A DNA stretch of 64,000 nt from Dendrobates tinctorius. Its lineage: Eukaryota. The notes below the pieces were generated by a model that saw only the letters and a program-made list of their open reading frames with translations, ran no database searches and was not told the DNA's origin. Below are positions 36,698 to 49,940 of the stretch, piece after piece. The position numbers and the translations under genes are program-made. How positions within the stretch are numbered: the first letter of the stretch is position 1; every line of letters starts with the position of its first letter. The DNA is taken from NCBI RefSeq assembly GCF_039654945.1, contig NW_027361825.1, positions 22,754,001 to 22,818,000 on the forward strand, in the 5' to 3' direction.

Positions 36698-39600
36698 ATG
36701 ACTATGGCGATGCATTATACTAAATGGAGCACTATGAGGAGTGTATTATATTATATGGAGGACTGAGCAGTGCATGTTAATATATGGGGACTATGAGGAA
36801 TGTATTATACTATATGGAGGACTGAGTAGTGTATTATACTATATGACGGACTGAGGAGTGTATTATACTATATGGAGAACTGAGGAGTGTATTATACTAT
36901 ATGGAGGACTGAGTGTATTTTAAAATTTGGTGGGCTATGAGGAGTGTATTATGCTATATGGAGCACTGAAGAGTGTATTATACTAAATGGACGACTATGG
37001 GGCACATTATATTATATGGAGGACTATGGGGTGTATTATACTAAACAAGCAAAATGCTGCATATTCATCAAGTGATTGGATTGTTTATGCCGGAAGAGAA
37101 ATCATTGTTCTCAGCAGCACATCGCCGGATTAAACTGTAGATGTGCTGCTCATAACATGATACTGTATGGGGACAGATTGATCTAATAGTGAATGTTTGG
37201 TTCCCATCATTCTTTGTCAGTTGGTGTAAAGAGGCCGGGAAACAAGCGTTGAACTACTTCAATATTGGTGATCACACTCGTTAAGTGGCCTGAACTCAGC
37301 GCACGTAAATACAAACGAAATGGATGTGCTTTATCTGGGCAGCTTCGGGCTGCTATTTTTAGGCTGGGGGGTCAATATCCATGGCCCCTTACCAGCCTGG
37401 GAATACCAGCCCCCAGCTGCCTGCTTTAGCAAGACTGGTTGTCAAAAATTATGGGGACCCCACGTTGTTTTTTTTAATTGTTTATTTAAATAATTAAAAA
37501 ATAAAAAAACGCATGGGGACCCCTCTATTCTTGTTAACCAGCCTTGTTGTAGCTGCAGCTGAGGGTTGCAGCCCGCAGCTGTAAGTTTTGTCTAGCTGGT
37601 TATCAAAAATACAATGGATCGCTGGTGCATCGCTAAGTGGTCGCTAGTGAGCTGCCACACAGGCAGATCTCACCAGCGACATAGCAGCGGTCGGGGGTCG
37701 CTACTTACCTGTCAGACGCGGCGATCCTGACGTCCTCCCGCCCGCGTCCACGCGTGGCTTGTCGGCGCCACAGGAAGCCCAGCAGGAAGCGACCCGACGA
37801 GAAATGGTCCTGGACGTTCTCGCGCGATCAGCGATAACCAGCGGGGGAGCCGGTCGGAGGTAAGTATCACACATAGCGATATCGCTAGCAATATCGCTGC
37901 TAAGTCACAAAACCAGTGACGTTACAGCGATATTGCTAGCGATCTCGCTGTGTGTAACGGGGGCTTAATAGTCCCATCAGCTGCTGCCTGCTCTCACTGT
38001 TATCAGTTGAATATAACTCTCAACATTCTCCCCTGCTGGTGCTGATCGCCGGCAGAGCAGGGGAGAATGATGAGAGCGGTCTTCAGCACCCGGCGCTTGG
38101 GAACAGCGCTAACTGTATCGCTGATTCCCAGACCCCTGTACATGTCACACTGATGACACACGGTTGTAATCTGTGTGCATGTGTGTGGGACATTCTGTGG
38201 CTCGTGCTGCTATTAAAAAATGGATATGTCAGCGTGTTTTCCCTGTTTCCCAGCGTGTTTAACAGAGTTAAAAAAGCAAAGAACCAGGGTGTCATTTTGG
38301 TTGTAAATTTCTTTCCTCTACCAAAAAAAAAAGAGGAAGACTGACCCATGGGCCTCGTATGGAGACCAATCCAGAGGACTCATATGAAGACAAATCCAGG
38401 AGGCACATATGAAGACCAATCCAGGCCACATATGAAGACAATTCCAGAGGCATGTATGGAGGCCAATCTAAGGGCAATATATGGGGACCAATCGAAGGAC
38501 TTCATATGGAGACCAATTCAAGGGCCTCGTATGAAGATCAATCCAAAGGCCATATATGGAGACTAATCTAGGGGAAACTTATGAACATCATTGTATGGAG
38601 ACCAATCAAAGAGCAACATATGGAGATTAGTTCAATGACCTCATATGGGGATCAATTCAGGGGACTCATATGGAGACTAATCCAGGGGCCTCGTATGGAG
38701 ACCAATCCAGGGGGCCTGATATAGAGACCAATCTAGGGGCCACATACAGTGCCTTGCGAAAGTATTCAGCTCCCTGGAACTTTTCAACCTTTTCCCACAT
38801 ATCATGCTTTAACCCCTTCCTGACATCCGACGTACTATCCCGTCCATGGGACCCGGGCCCCTATGCCCATGGACGGGATAGTACGCCTACCGCGATCAGC
38901 GGCGCCCACGTGGTGAGCGCCGCTGATCGCGGCCGGGTGTCAGCTGATTATCACAGCCGACACCCGGCACAATATGTCAGGGGCGGTCACGGACCGCCCC
39001 CGACACGTTAACCCCTTGCACACCGCGATCAAACATGATCGCGGTGTACCGGGAGTTAAAGGGAAGCATCGGCAGGGAGGGGGCTCCCTCCGTGCTTCCC
39101 TGAGCCCCCCACGGCAGCGCAATGTGCAGCGCTGCTGCGGGGGGCTCCTTTCCTCCAGGCCCCCGAATCCAAGATGGCGACGGGGGCCTTCGGGGGCCTG
39201 GAGGAAGCTGGCTTCCTCAGTGCCTGCAAAGCGCAGGCAAGAGGAAGTCTTCTTCAATGCCTGTGACAGATTGCTGATCTGTCACAGTGATCTGTGATGT
39301 GACAGATCAGCGATCTGTCACAGGACAGTGATGTCCCACCTGGGACTATGTAATAAAGTAAAAAAAAAAAAAAAAAAAAGTGTAAAAATAATTTTAAAAA
39401 AATCGCCAAATAAATTAGTAAAAAAAAATAAAATATTCCCCAATAAATTCATTTTTTGAAAATAAAAAAAAAACAAAACAATAAAAGTACACATATTAGG
39501 TATCGCCGCGTCCGTAACGACCCGCCCTATAAAACTGTCCCATTAGTTAACCCCTTTAGCGAACCCCTTAAAAAATAAAAATAAAAAACGAAGCAAAAAA

Positions 39601-40270
39601 TAATGATTTATTATCATGCCGCCAAACAAAAAGTGTAATAACGCGCGATCAAAAAGACGCATATAAATATTCATGGTACCGCTGAAAATGTCATCTTGTC
39701 CCGCAAAAAACGAGCTGCCACACAGCATCATCAGCGAAAAAAAAAAAAAGTTATAGCTCGCAGAATAAAGCGATGCAAAAATAATTATTTTTTATATAAA
39801 ATAATTTTCATTGCATAAAACCGACAAAACATAAAAAAACGACCTAAATGAGGTATCGCTGTAACCGTACTGACCCGAAGAATATCAATTTTACCCCACA
39901 CGGAACGGTGTAAACGCACCCCCAAAAGAAATTCATGAAACGCTGGTTTTTGTTCATTCTGCGTCCCAAAAATCGGAATAAAAAGCGATCAAAAAATGTC
40001 ACGTGCCCGAAAATGGTACCAATAAAAACATCAACTCGTCCCGCAAAAAATAAGACCTCACATGACTCGGTGGGTCAAAATACGGAAAAATTATAGCTCT
40101 CAATATGTGGTGATGCAAAAACTATTTTTACAATAGAAAGCGTCTTTTAGCGTGCGACAGCTGCCAAAAATAAAAACCGCCATAAATAGTAAATCAAACC
40201 CCCCGTTATCGTCCCCTTAGTTAGGGAAAAATAATAAAATTAAAAAAATGTATTTATTTCCATTTTTCCA

Positions 40271-40440
40271 TTAGGGTTAGGGTTAGGGCTAGGGTTAGGG
40301 CTAGGGTTAGGGTTAGGGCTAGGGTTAGGGTTAGGGTTAGGTCTAGGGTTAGGGCTAGGGTTAGGGCTTGGGTTAGGGCTAGGGTTAGGGCTGAGATTAG
40401 GGTTAGGGGTGTGTTGGGGTTCGGGTTGGAGTTAGAATTG
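40271..40440 (+). repeat. Interstitial telomere-like (TTAGGG/CTAGGG)n tract
   Basis: Over 20 hexamers, degenerating at the 3' end. Confidence 0.95.
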
Positions 40441-42600
40441 GGGGTTTCCACTGTTTGGGCACATCAGGGGCTCTCCAAATGCAACATTGCATCTGATCTC
40501 AATTCCAGCCAATTCTGAGTTGAAAAAGTCATATGGTGCTCCTTCCCTTCCAAGCTCTGCCATGCGCCCAAACAGTGTTTTACCCCCACATGTAGGGTAT
40601 CAGCCTACTCAAGACAAATTGCAAAACAATTTTTGGGGTCTAATTTCTCCTGTTACCCTTAGGAAAATAAAAAATTGGGGGCAAAAATATCATTTTTGTG
40701 GAAAAAAATGATTTTTTTATTTTCACGTCCGAGCGTTATAAACTTCTGTGAAGCACTTGGGGGTTCAAAGTGCTCACCACACATCTAGATAAGTTCCGTG
40801 GGGGGGTCTAGTGTCCAAAATTGGGTCACTTGTGGGGAGTTTCAATAGTTTAGGTACATCAGGGGCTCTCCGAACGCACATGACACCTGCAGACCATTCC
40901 ATCAAAGTCTGCATTCCAAAATGGCACTGCTTCCCTTCCGAGCCCCGACGTGTGTCCATACAGTAGTTTTCTCCCACATATGGGGTGTCAGCGTACTCAT
41001 GACAAATTGGACAACAACTTTTGCGGTCCAATTTCTCCTGTTACCCTTGGGAAAATGAAAAAATTGGGGACTAATTGATCATGTTTGTGGAAAAAATATG
41101 ATTTTTTTATGTTCATGCCCTGGCATTATAAACTTCTGTGAAGCCCTTGGGGGTTCAAAGTGCTCACCTCACATCTAGATAAGTTCCTTAGGGGGTCTAG
41201 TTTTCAAAATGGCGTCATTTGTGGGGGGTTTCCACTGTTTAGGTACATTAGGGGCTCTCCAAAGGCAACATGACACCCGCAGACCATTCCATCAATGTCT
41301 GCATTCCAAAATGTCACTACTTCCCTTCCGATCCCCGACGTGTGCCCATACAGTAGTTTTCTCCCACATATGGGGTATCAGCATACTCAGGACAAATTGG
41401 ACAACAACTTTTGGGGTCCAATTTCTCCTGTTACCCTTGGGAAAATAAAAAAAATGGTGACTAAAAGATCATGTTTGTGGAAAAAATATGAATTTTTTAT
41501 TTTCACGCCCGGGCGTTATAAACTTCTGTGAAGCACTGGGGGGTTCAAAGTGCTCACCACACATCTAGATAAGTTCCTTGGGGGGTCTAGTTTACAAAAT
41601 GGTGTCATTTGTGGGGGGTTTCCACTGTTTAGGTACATCAGGGGTTTTCCAATCGCGACATGGTGTCCAATCTCAATTCCAGCCAAAAACGTCAAATGGC
41701 GCTGCTTCCCTTCCGAGCTCTGCCATGCGCCCAAATAGTAGTTTACCCCCACATGTGGGGTATCAGCGTACTCAGGACAAATTGCACAATAACTTTTAGG
41801 GTGCTGTTACCCTTGGAAAAATAAGAATTGAGGGTGAAAAGATCATTTTTGTGGAAAAAATATGATTTTTTAATTGTACGGCTTTATGTTATAAACTTCT
41901 GTGAAGCCCTTGGGGGTTCAAAGTTCTCACCACACATCTAGATAAGTTCCTTAGGGGGTCTAGTTTCCAAAATGGTGTCATTTGTGGGGGGTTTCCACTG
42001 TTTAGGTACATCAGGGGTTTTCCAATCGCGACATGGTGTCCGATCTCAATTCCAGCCAAAAACGTCAAATGGCGCTGCTTCCCTTCCGAGCTCTGCCATG
42101 CGCCAAAATAGTGGTTTACCCCCACATGTGGGGTATCAGCATACTCAGGACAAATTGCGCAATAACTTTTAGGGTCCTGTTACCCTTGGGAAAATAAAAA
42201 TTGGGGTGAAAAGATCATTTTTGTGGAAAAAATATGATTTTTTAATTGTACCGCTGTACGTTATAAACTTCTGTAAAGCCCTTGTGGGTTCAAAGTTCTC
42301 ACCACATATCTAGATAAGTTCCTTGGGGGGGTCTAGTTTCCAAAATGGGGTCACTTGTAGGGGGTTTCCACTGTTTAGGTACATCAGGGACTCTCCAAAC
42401 GTGACATGGCGTCCGATCTGAATTCCAGCCAATTTTGCATTGAAAAAGTCAAACGGCGCTCCTTCCATTCTGAGCTCTGCCATGCGCCGAAACAGTCGTT
42501 CCCCCCCACAAATCAGGTATCAGCGTACTCAGGACAAATTGCACAATAACTTTTGCAGTCCAATTTCACCTGTTACCCTTGGTAAAATAAAAAAAATTGA
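40441..42600. repeat. ~373-390 bp tandem repeats (about 6 units) inside the piggyBac-like element
   Basis: GGGGTTTCCACTGTTT(A/G)GGTACATCAGGGG variants recur near 40441, 40836, 41224, 41614, 41987, 42361. Confidence 0.9.
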
Positions 42601-44181
42601 ACCTGAAGTATTTTTTTTGTGAAAAAAAGTTAGATGTTCATTTTTCAAAAAATATTCAAAAAAATTCCTGTGACGCACCTAAAGGGTTAATAAACTTCTT
42701 GAATGTGGTTTTGAGCACCTTAAGGGGTGCAGTTTTTAGAATGGTGTCACTTTTGGGTATTTTCTATCATATAGACCCCTCAAAGTGGCTTCAAATGTGA
42801 TGTGGTCCTAAAAATAAAATGGTGTTGTAAAAATGAGAAATCGCTGGTCAACTTTTAACCCTTATAACTTCCTAACAAAAAAAAATTTTGGTTCCAAAAT
42901 TGTGCTGATGTAAAGTAAACATGTGGGAAATGTTAGTTATCAAGTTTTTTGTGTGCCGTATCTCTGTGATTTAAGGGCATAAAAATTCAAAGTTGGAAAA
43001 TTGCTAAATTTTCAAAATTTTTGCCAAATTTCCGTTTTTTTCACAAATAAACGCAAGTTATTTGAATGAAATTTTACCACTAACATGAAGTACAATATGT
43101 CACGAGAAAACAATGTCAGAATCACCGGGATCCATAGAAGCGTTCCAGAGTTATGACCTCATAAAGGTACAGTGGTCAGAATTGTAAAAATTGGCCCGGT
43201 CATGAACGTGCAAACCACCCTTGGGGGTGAAGGGGTTAAACATAAAGATACAAAATCTGTGGAAAGAGCTGAAAACTGCTGTTCACAAACGATCTCCATC
43301 AAACCTCACTGAGCTCGTGCTGTTTGCCAAGGAAGAATGGGCAAGAATTTCAGTCTCTCGATGTACAAAACTGATAGAGACATACCCCAAGTGACTTGCA
43401 GCTGTATTCGCAGCAAAAGGTGGCGCAACAAAGTATTAAGTTAAAGGGGCCGAATAATATTGCACGCCCCACTTTTCAGTTTTTGCATTTCCACAAAAAT
43501 TTTAAATAACCAATAAATTTCGTTCAACTTCAAAATTGTGTTCCACTTGTTGTTGATGCTTCACCAAAAATTTACATTTGGTATCTTTATGTTTGAAGCA
43601 TGATATGTGGGAAAAGGTTGAAAAGTTCCAGGGAGCCGAATACTTTCGCAGCGCACTGTATAGGGACCAATCCAGAGGAACATCTATGAAGACAAAACCA
43701 GGGATCACAAATTGAGACAAACCATGGGCCACATATAGAGCCCAATACAGGGGCCATATATGCAGCTCAATCCATGGGTCATATGTAGAGACATGAAAAA
43801 AAGTGGACTAGGACCATGACTGCGCTATAGTTTTGGTTGACAAACCAGTGCTGGGCCTAGAGTGGATATGCAACAAAATGAGTTGTCCCTGACAGGGTTA
43901 AATGCTTTAGACATGGTGAGATGTTGTGTTTCGTAAGTCTCTGGTTAGTCTTGGTATGAAGCTTGTGGGATCCTCGCCTTGCTCTCACTGACACAGTTAC
44001 ACAGTTCCTCTTTGTCACCCTGCATTACTGAAAAGACACTCCCCGTCATAGACTGTCCCATCCCTCAGCATTGCATGTAATGACTCACAGGGGTCCTCCA
44101 AAGACCAGGATCTCAAGGTGAAGACACTCGGCAGACCCCAAAGCGCGTTTCCACCACTCTCCCTTGCAGTCTTCCTGCAAC

Positions 44182-44204
44182 ATGAATCGCAAGGACAGCA
44201 AACG
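44182..44204 (+). CDS. RASGRP4: RASGRP4 exon 1 (coding part)
   Basis: ATGAATCGCAAGGACAGCAAACG|GTGAG = MNRKDSKR, the RASGRP4 N-terminus. Confidence 0.9.
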
Positions 44205-46466
44205 GTGAGGCTCTGCTTCCATTTGTGGTGAGACACCAAGATTTGTGGTCTCTAGGTCTCGACTACTTCACGGAGGTCACAAACCTGAAATACTGATGTC
44301 CTTAAATTATATGTTTAGTAGCTGATATTTGTATATTTGTACTTACGGTGATAGGGCCACCAGCCCGGCCTGTTTGCAACACATCAGTTTCCTGATTTTG
44401 GTCTTGATTTCTGCTTTTTACGGTGCTCACAATATTGAAGGAGAAGGGCAGGATACCATAGTTATTGTGCTAGAACCGGCCAGTCCAGAGCTGTAGCTGT
44501 GAGTGAGTAGAATGAGAATGGAAAGTAGGAAAAATTAGGAGGAGTTGGACAAAAAGTTCAGGTAGTCCAAATAAGTAAATCACTAGTCCTCTGGTGTATG
44601 AGCAATGGACCTTTCATGGGGATGCACATATTCTCCTGGGTTCTGTATTATTCAGATAATCTCCGTAATATGGCACACCACATTACAGTCTATGGTGGTG
44701 ATTTATTATGTCATGGTGTTACAGATCAGTATAACATGGATTCCTCAGACTTTGGCCATTGGTGGAAATTACTTTGATTACTTACACTACGATTTGCATC
44801 GCAAACTCCACTTACGACATGTAAAATCTTATGGTTTATAAGTGGAAACCCCCCAATATGAATAATGCAGATGATCAACTAAGGGTCGTCTGCTGCAAAG
44901 TCAGGACAGGATTGTCTTCTGCTGGGCCTCAAGGCGCCTGATGCGATAGAGCCAGGCAGCAAATAATCTACTCCCCTGTTAGGCTATGATTGGGTTGTCG
45001 TCTCCTGGACCTCTTGGGATCTGTATTATCCAGTCATGTTATTATGGCCTCAATCACAAGTCAGTGACTTTCTTGTTTCATCAGTGTTGTTTTATCAGAG
45101 TTTCTTCAAAGCTTGGTCAGAGTCAATTTTTATCATCCAAGTTTGGGGCAAAGTTTCATTAGTTAAGACCCATTGATTGAGCAATTCTGGCATTTCAATT
45201 TCCTTTTCAGCTTTTAAGACACAGTTTAAATAGTTTTATATTTTGATAGGGTTTTACCGAAGCGGCAATGCCAAATTTACTTAGGTTGTTTTACTTATTT
45301 ATTTTTGAACTGGAAAAAACTTTTATAATTTTTAAAACTTTTTTTCATTCTTTTGGTCCTCTCTTGGGGACTTGTACCTTCGATTATTTAAAAGTGCAAT
45401 AAATCAGGTGTTAACTTGCTGACAAGTGGCTGCTTGACTGGTGGGACCTGCACCAATCTCAGATTGGGGAACTTCTACCCCGTTATGAGATGGCACGGCA
45501 ATTTGGAAACCCAATCGCCGTCCCTTTCATTCCCTATGGAAAAAGCAGAGTGCAGGGTTCTGCAACTCAGTAAGGAATTAAGGTAACGCAGGTCCCACAT
45601 GTGCCCTGCTCCATTCTAACAGGAATAAAAGTTCCCCTTGCTGCCAATCGGTGCCCATCCCAGCAGTTGGACCTCCATCGATCGATCGACAAGTTATCAC
45701 CCACCAACCCTTTTTAGTGATCAGCTGTGATCTGTGGGAATACTTCACAGTAACTATATAATTTCCCCACAGTGCCTCCGCAAGAAATCAGGAATTACAC
45801 CTTGCCACATTCAAATCAATGGGTTGTCAGTGTAATGCAGGAACGGTGCTCCAGGGCGAGAGGTTTTTCTTAATAACCACACATTTTTGGGATTCTAAAC
45901 ACAGGACCTATTTTGTTAGCTCAGATTTTTTTCCGAAATGGGGTACATGAATGGGGAAAGTATCCTCATAAATAGGAGTTGATGTGCAGTACCCAGCAGG
46001 AACCATTATGATTGCACATTCACCGGAATTGAGCTGTTCTGCTCCTTTCTGTGTTCACAATAGAGCTAATAACAGAAGGTGGGTGGGGGTGCCCAGTGTC
46101 AGACCTCCACCATCTGATATTAATGACCTTTCAAAAAAATTGGTCATCAGTGTTATAACTGTAGCTGACATTTCAAGAGAACTTTCAGTGAAATGTTTGT
46201 GTCGGCCTCTAGTTCCTCCCCTTCTATAGAACTTTACAAGCACCAAGTATCATCTCCTATCTCAGTAATGGGAATATCTGTCATCACTAATTACAGATTT
46301 TAACCCTGAATTGAGAGTGAAAAATTAATCCAGGAGGAAAAAGGAGCAGATCTTTCTGATAAGATCTATTATAGAGTTACTTATTTTTATGTGGACTATT
46401 GATTTATGAAATAACAATAAAAAACGACTGTTACTCCATAAAGTGATGTGATTATTGTTTTTACAG

Positions 46467-46678
46467 AAAGTCTCGCCTGGAGCTTACAAGTCAAACGATT
46501 AACGGTAATGGAGTTGTTGTCACTGTTAAGGGTCGGCATAGCCAGAGTCGGAGGAGAAGAAGGATGACTTGTCCAAGCGCGGCCGAGATTAACAGCGCTC
46601 TTGGGTCTGTCACATTGGAACAACTGGGAAAGAGCTGCAGTCTGGAGGAACTGATGGAGAAATGCATACAGTCATTTG
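46467..46678 (+). CDS. RASGRP4: RASGRP4 exon 2
   Basis: KSRLE...RRRMTCPSAAEINSALGSVTLEQLGKSCSLEELMEKCIQSF (cf. RRHKTCPSPREIS...LLEKCIQSF). Confidence 0.92.
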
Positions 46679-46899
46679 GTAAATACCCTAACACTCACCA
46701 GCAGGGTCAGGACTTAGGACAAGGCACCAAAAATATTTTGGTAGAACCTGAGGTTTGGCCATAGAAATTAAAGAAAAAGTCATCTGGTGGTTCAATTAAG
46801 CACCTAAATGTATCCAGGGCCCATTTTTTTGGATAGGAGACAGGGCAATTACCCCAAGGTTCCTAATTATTATAAACTGAAACCACACAGTAATATTAA

Positions 46900-47266
46900 A
46901 GGGGTTGTCTGGGCTTAGGGTGCAAGTCTGCAGAGTCACTCTATATTATTGCAAACTTATGAAACAAATCCTCACACTGCATGCTGTGAGGATTCTCCGG
47001 TGCCAGCGCTGGGAGCAATTTGCATACAAGCAGTCACATGCCGACTAGACATATGTGGCCTGGCACAATAGAAGTGAATTGAGTGAGGCTCAACACATCT
47101 AGTTGGAATGTGGTCGGAAGTATGCAAGACTCATACTTGCAGTCATATCACCGCCCGCTCCAAGCACCTGCACCAAAGAAACTTGACAGCGTGCGCTGTG
47201 AGGATTCACAAGTTTACAGTCACATAGAGATACTACAGACTTGCGCTTCAAACCTGGACAACACCT
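46900..47266. mobile_element. TTAA-target palindromic MITE (T2/Kolobok-type)
   Basis: TTAA|AGGGGTTGTC ... GACAACACCT|TTAA with a long internal inverted repeat. Similar TTAA MITEs lie at ~51460-51874, ~54056-54532 and ~57824-58285. Confidence 0.75.
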
Positions 47267-47949
47267 TTAATTGGAGTATGGTCCAGGTAAATGCTGTCCC
47301 TTTGGCTTTAGAACCCCACTGGGTTACTCTTCTCTTTCGATTTTTCTTCTTCACTTCCCAAAAAGTTGCAAAACTTTTTTTTTATTTTTCAGTCTATACA
47401 GTTGTATCAGGGTTTTTTATTTTGGGGGCAAGCTGTAGTTTTCATCACTACCATTTTGCGTTTTATAAGACTTTCTGTTCTCTTTTAATTCTTTTTGGGA
47501 AGGCAATGGGACCCAAAAAATAACAATGATTCTGCCATTTTCCTTTTTTCTTCAACCAACTATGTAATGTTCCGATTGTAACTTTTAGATACCGCTTTAC
47601 ATCTTTTTCATGGGACTTAAGCAATATTCTAATCTTAGGTTACGTGCCCACAATCAGGAATAACAGCATTCTGGACAAAGCTCACCTTCACTGCATCCAA
47701 AACTCAGCGTTCTACGATACAAGCACAGATTTATAGAAATCCCATGCGCACTGTGCTTCCATTTGAAGCTGCATAAACTCACCTACTGTGCTGGCGTACG
47801 AGCCACGGCATGTCAATTATCGCCAAATGTAGTCCCCTACACGGCCATAACAACTCCATTTTAATTTTCAAACCTCTGTATGATGGCTATAGGACATCTA
47901 GTGGATGGGAGATAAACCTGGAGTAATGTTTTAGCACATGTAGGACTAA

Positions 47950-49940
47950 AAGGAGAGCCTTGCAGAAAATTATCCCGGGTGATGATACAGAGGACTTTTT
48001 CCCAGTCTTTGAAAGGGTTAGCGAAAGGGATAAACTCCCACCAGAGTAGTGGGCAGCAGTCCTAGCACTATACTTAACGGGGGAGCCGCAAAATGCCTAA
48101 TATGATTTAGCCTTACCGACCACAAAGAAAATGCGAAATTGATAATGGAAATATTGATGCTTGGGGGTGACAATGTCAGGATACAACGGGTCCACTGCTG
48201 GGCATATCACTGTGTCAAACCTCCTCGCTCCCAAATGTTTAATCTGCTGTACCTTGTCCAAAAGTATTTGCAGCTGGACTCCTCTACCCCAGCACAGATG
48301 GTAGAGCGTGCACTTGCTTCTGAGCCCGATGCAGACTTAGGTTACCTAGGGAGATCCCCAATACGCCGATGACTTGGCCAGAGTGTTCGAAAAGTATCAG
48401 GGGATTGATGGTTCTTTGGGGAGGCAACCCACTAAATACTAGTGGTCCTGTTAGGGTGTGGAGGCTAAAAAGGGTGTGGGGCATCCAAAGTCTAAGAGGG
48501 CGGCGGAGGTCACGCTAAGGGTCACATTGGCAGGTGTAATTTTCTGGAGATGTCACGGCACTGGTCATATAGCTACCCGTTGTCTCCTGACCACCGAAAA
48601 AATGGATGGTAGCATGCGACGCTGGTGTTCATTCTACACATAGCTTGCCTGCCGTGTGGACTGTCCACCCAGCAAGGGGCCCCAAGCTTGTCCTGTGAAA
48701 GAGAATGGTCTGTAAATGCCTGGACTGCTAGACTAAAGGAGTTTGGTGACCATCGTGAAGATCATACTCTCTCTCCAATTGGTCTCCAGGAAGAAGATGG
48801 GTGGCCGCTGCATTCACAAGGATGCTAAAGACTATCCGGTGGCCATAGTGGTCATTGAGACAGCCCGAGGTACTGTGTCCCATGAGGTCGAAGTAATCCA
48901 GGATCTATTGCACCCAATTATCATAGGCCGGGACTTTGTGTTGCTATGGGACTTTTAGGTGAAGGAGCTAACTGAAAAAAAATAATTTTTGTTAAAAGTT
49001 ATACTTTATAAGGTTTTTTCCAGTTAGTCTTTTAGTGTCACCCTTCTATATATTTGTTTATGTTAGATTGACTTTTGAGGGAGGTGTAGAGACCTCGACT
49101 GCTCGGTAAAGAGACAGGGGTCCCTGAAGAAGTTTCACCAACCCCAGAGCCTGACGGGTTTCCCTTCTGTGCAATTGTGGGAGATGAGGAGCTAGTATCC
49201 TCCGAGTCCAACATGATGAGATAGGGGTGACTGGAGAAAATGTTGGGTCCACCCAACATAGGGACCTCTCTAAAAGAAGCATTCAATAAGGTAACCATTG
49301 CACAATTCTCCTTATTTTATTTTGAGTGGGGATTTATTGTACCAGGGTGTTATGGTCAGAGAGGAAATAGTGGAGCAATTGTTGGTACCAGGACCCTATA
49401 AATGGAGGGTGTTGGACATGGCCCATTCACATATCTTGGGTGGCCATTTGAGTGTGTTGACAAAACCCAAGAATGTGTCATGCGGAGGTTCTATTGGCCC
49501 GGATGTCATCCATAAATCCTAAGGTATTGCAAGTCTTGTCTCACTTGCCAGTTAATCGCTCCCACCGCTCACTTCCAAAATTTCCTTATGCCGCTACCCA
49601 TCAAGGCAGGGCAAGACAGAGACCCTGCTTAAACTCCATGTTTGCTGATTAAACCAGAAGGGGACTTTGAAGAGGTCACAATAACCAAGACGCTGTTGAA
49701 GGCCCAAAAACAGCAATGTCAGGAATTCCTGCAGCAGAAGCGACACGTGTTCTTAGGTTTGCTAGGGTGTACATTTGTCATAGAACACAATGTTCTGATG
49801 GAACCCCATGTGAGGGTGAATTCAAAGCCCTACCTAATTCCTGAGGCCCATCGAGAACTGATCTCCAAGAAAGTGAAGCGTATGCTGAACGAAATCTCTC
49901 ACGTTAACGCATTTCCGATGCTGTGCATTGAGGATACCTA
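47950..49940 (+). pseudogene. Degenerate Gmr1-type Gypsy internal fragment
   Basis: Gag remnant LQKIIPGDDTEDFFPVFER, zinc-knuckle remnant WRCHGTGHIATRC, protease remnant, integrase Zn-binding AHSHILGGHL, then RT start KPYLIPEAHRE. Confidence 0.7.

Larger units (their letters stand above)
38813..43235. mobile_element. Non-autonomous piggyBac-like (TTAA) element
   Basis: TTAA|CCCCTTC ... GAAGGGG|TTAA; removing it restores the Tc1 left TIR. Confidence 0.85.
38747..43658 (+). mobile_element. Internally deleted Tc1 element
   Basis: TIRs CAGTGCCTTGCGAAAGTATTC / GAATACTTTCGCAGCGCACTG, TA TSD; transposase C-terminus LWKELKTAV...KGGATKY at 43257-43439. Confidence 0.88.
38345..43790. repeat. ~29-bp minisatellite (ATATGGAGACCAATCCAGGGG core) split by the Tc1/piggyBac nest
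   Basis: Same unit at 38345-38746 and 43659-43790. Confidence 0.75.

Noticed and set aside
38345-38746. CRISPR-like regularly spaced repeats
   Set aside because: Eukaryotic degenerate minisatellite without unique spacers or cas genes.
40271-40440. Chromosome end or fusion scar
   Set aside because: Short, single-orientation tract embedded in a TSD-bounded transposon.
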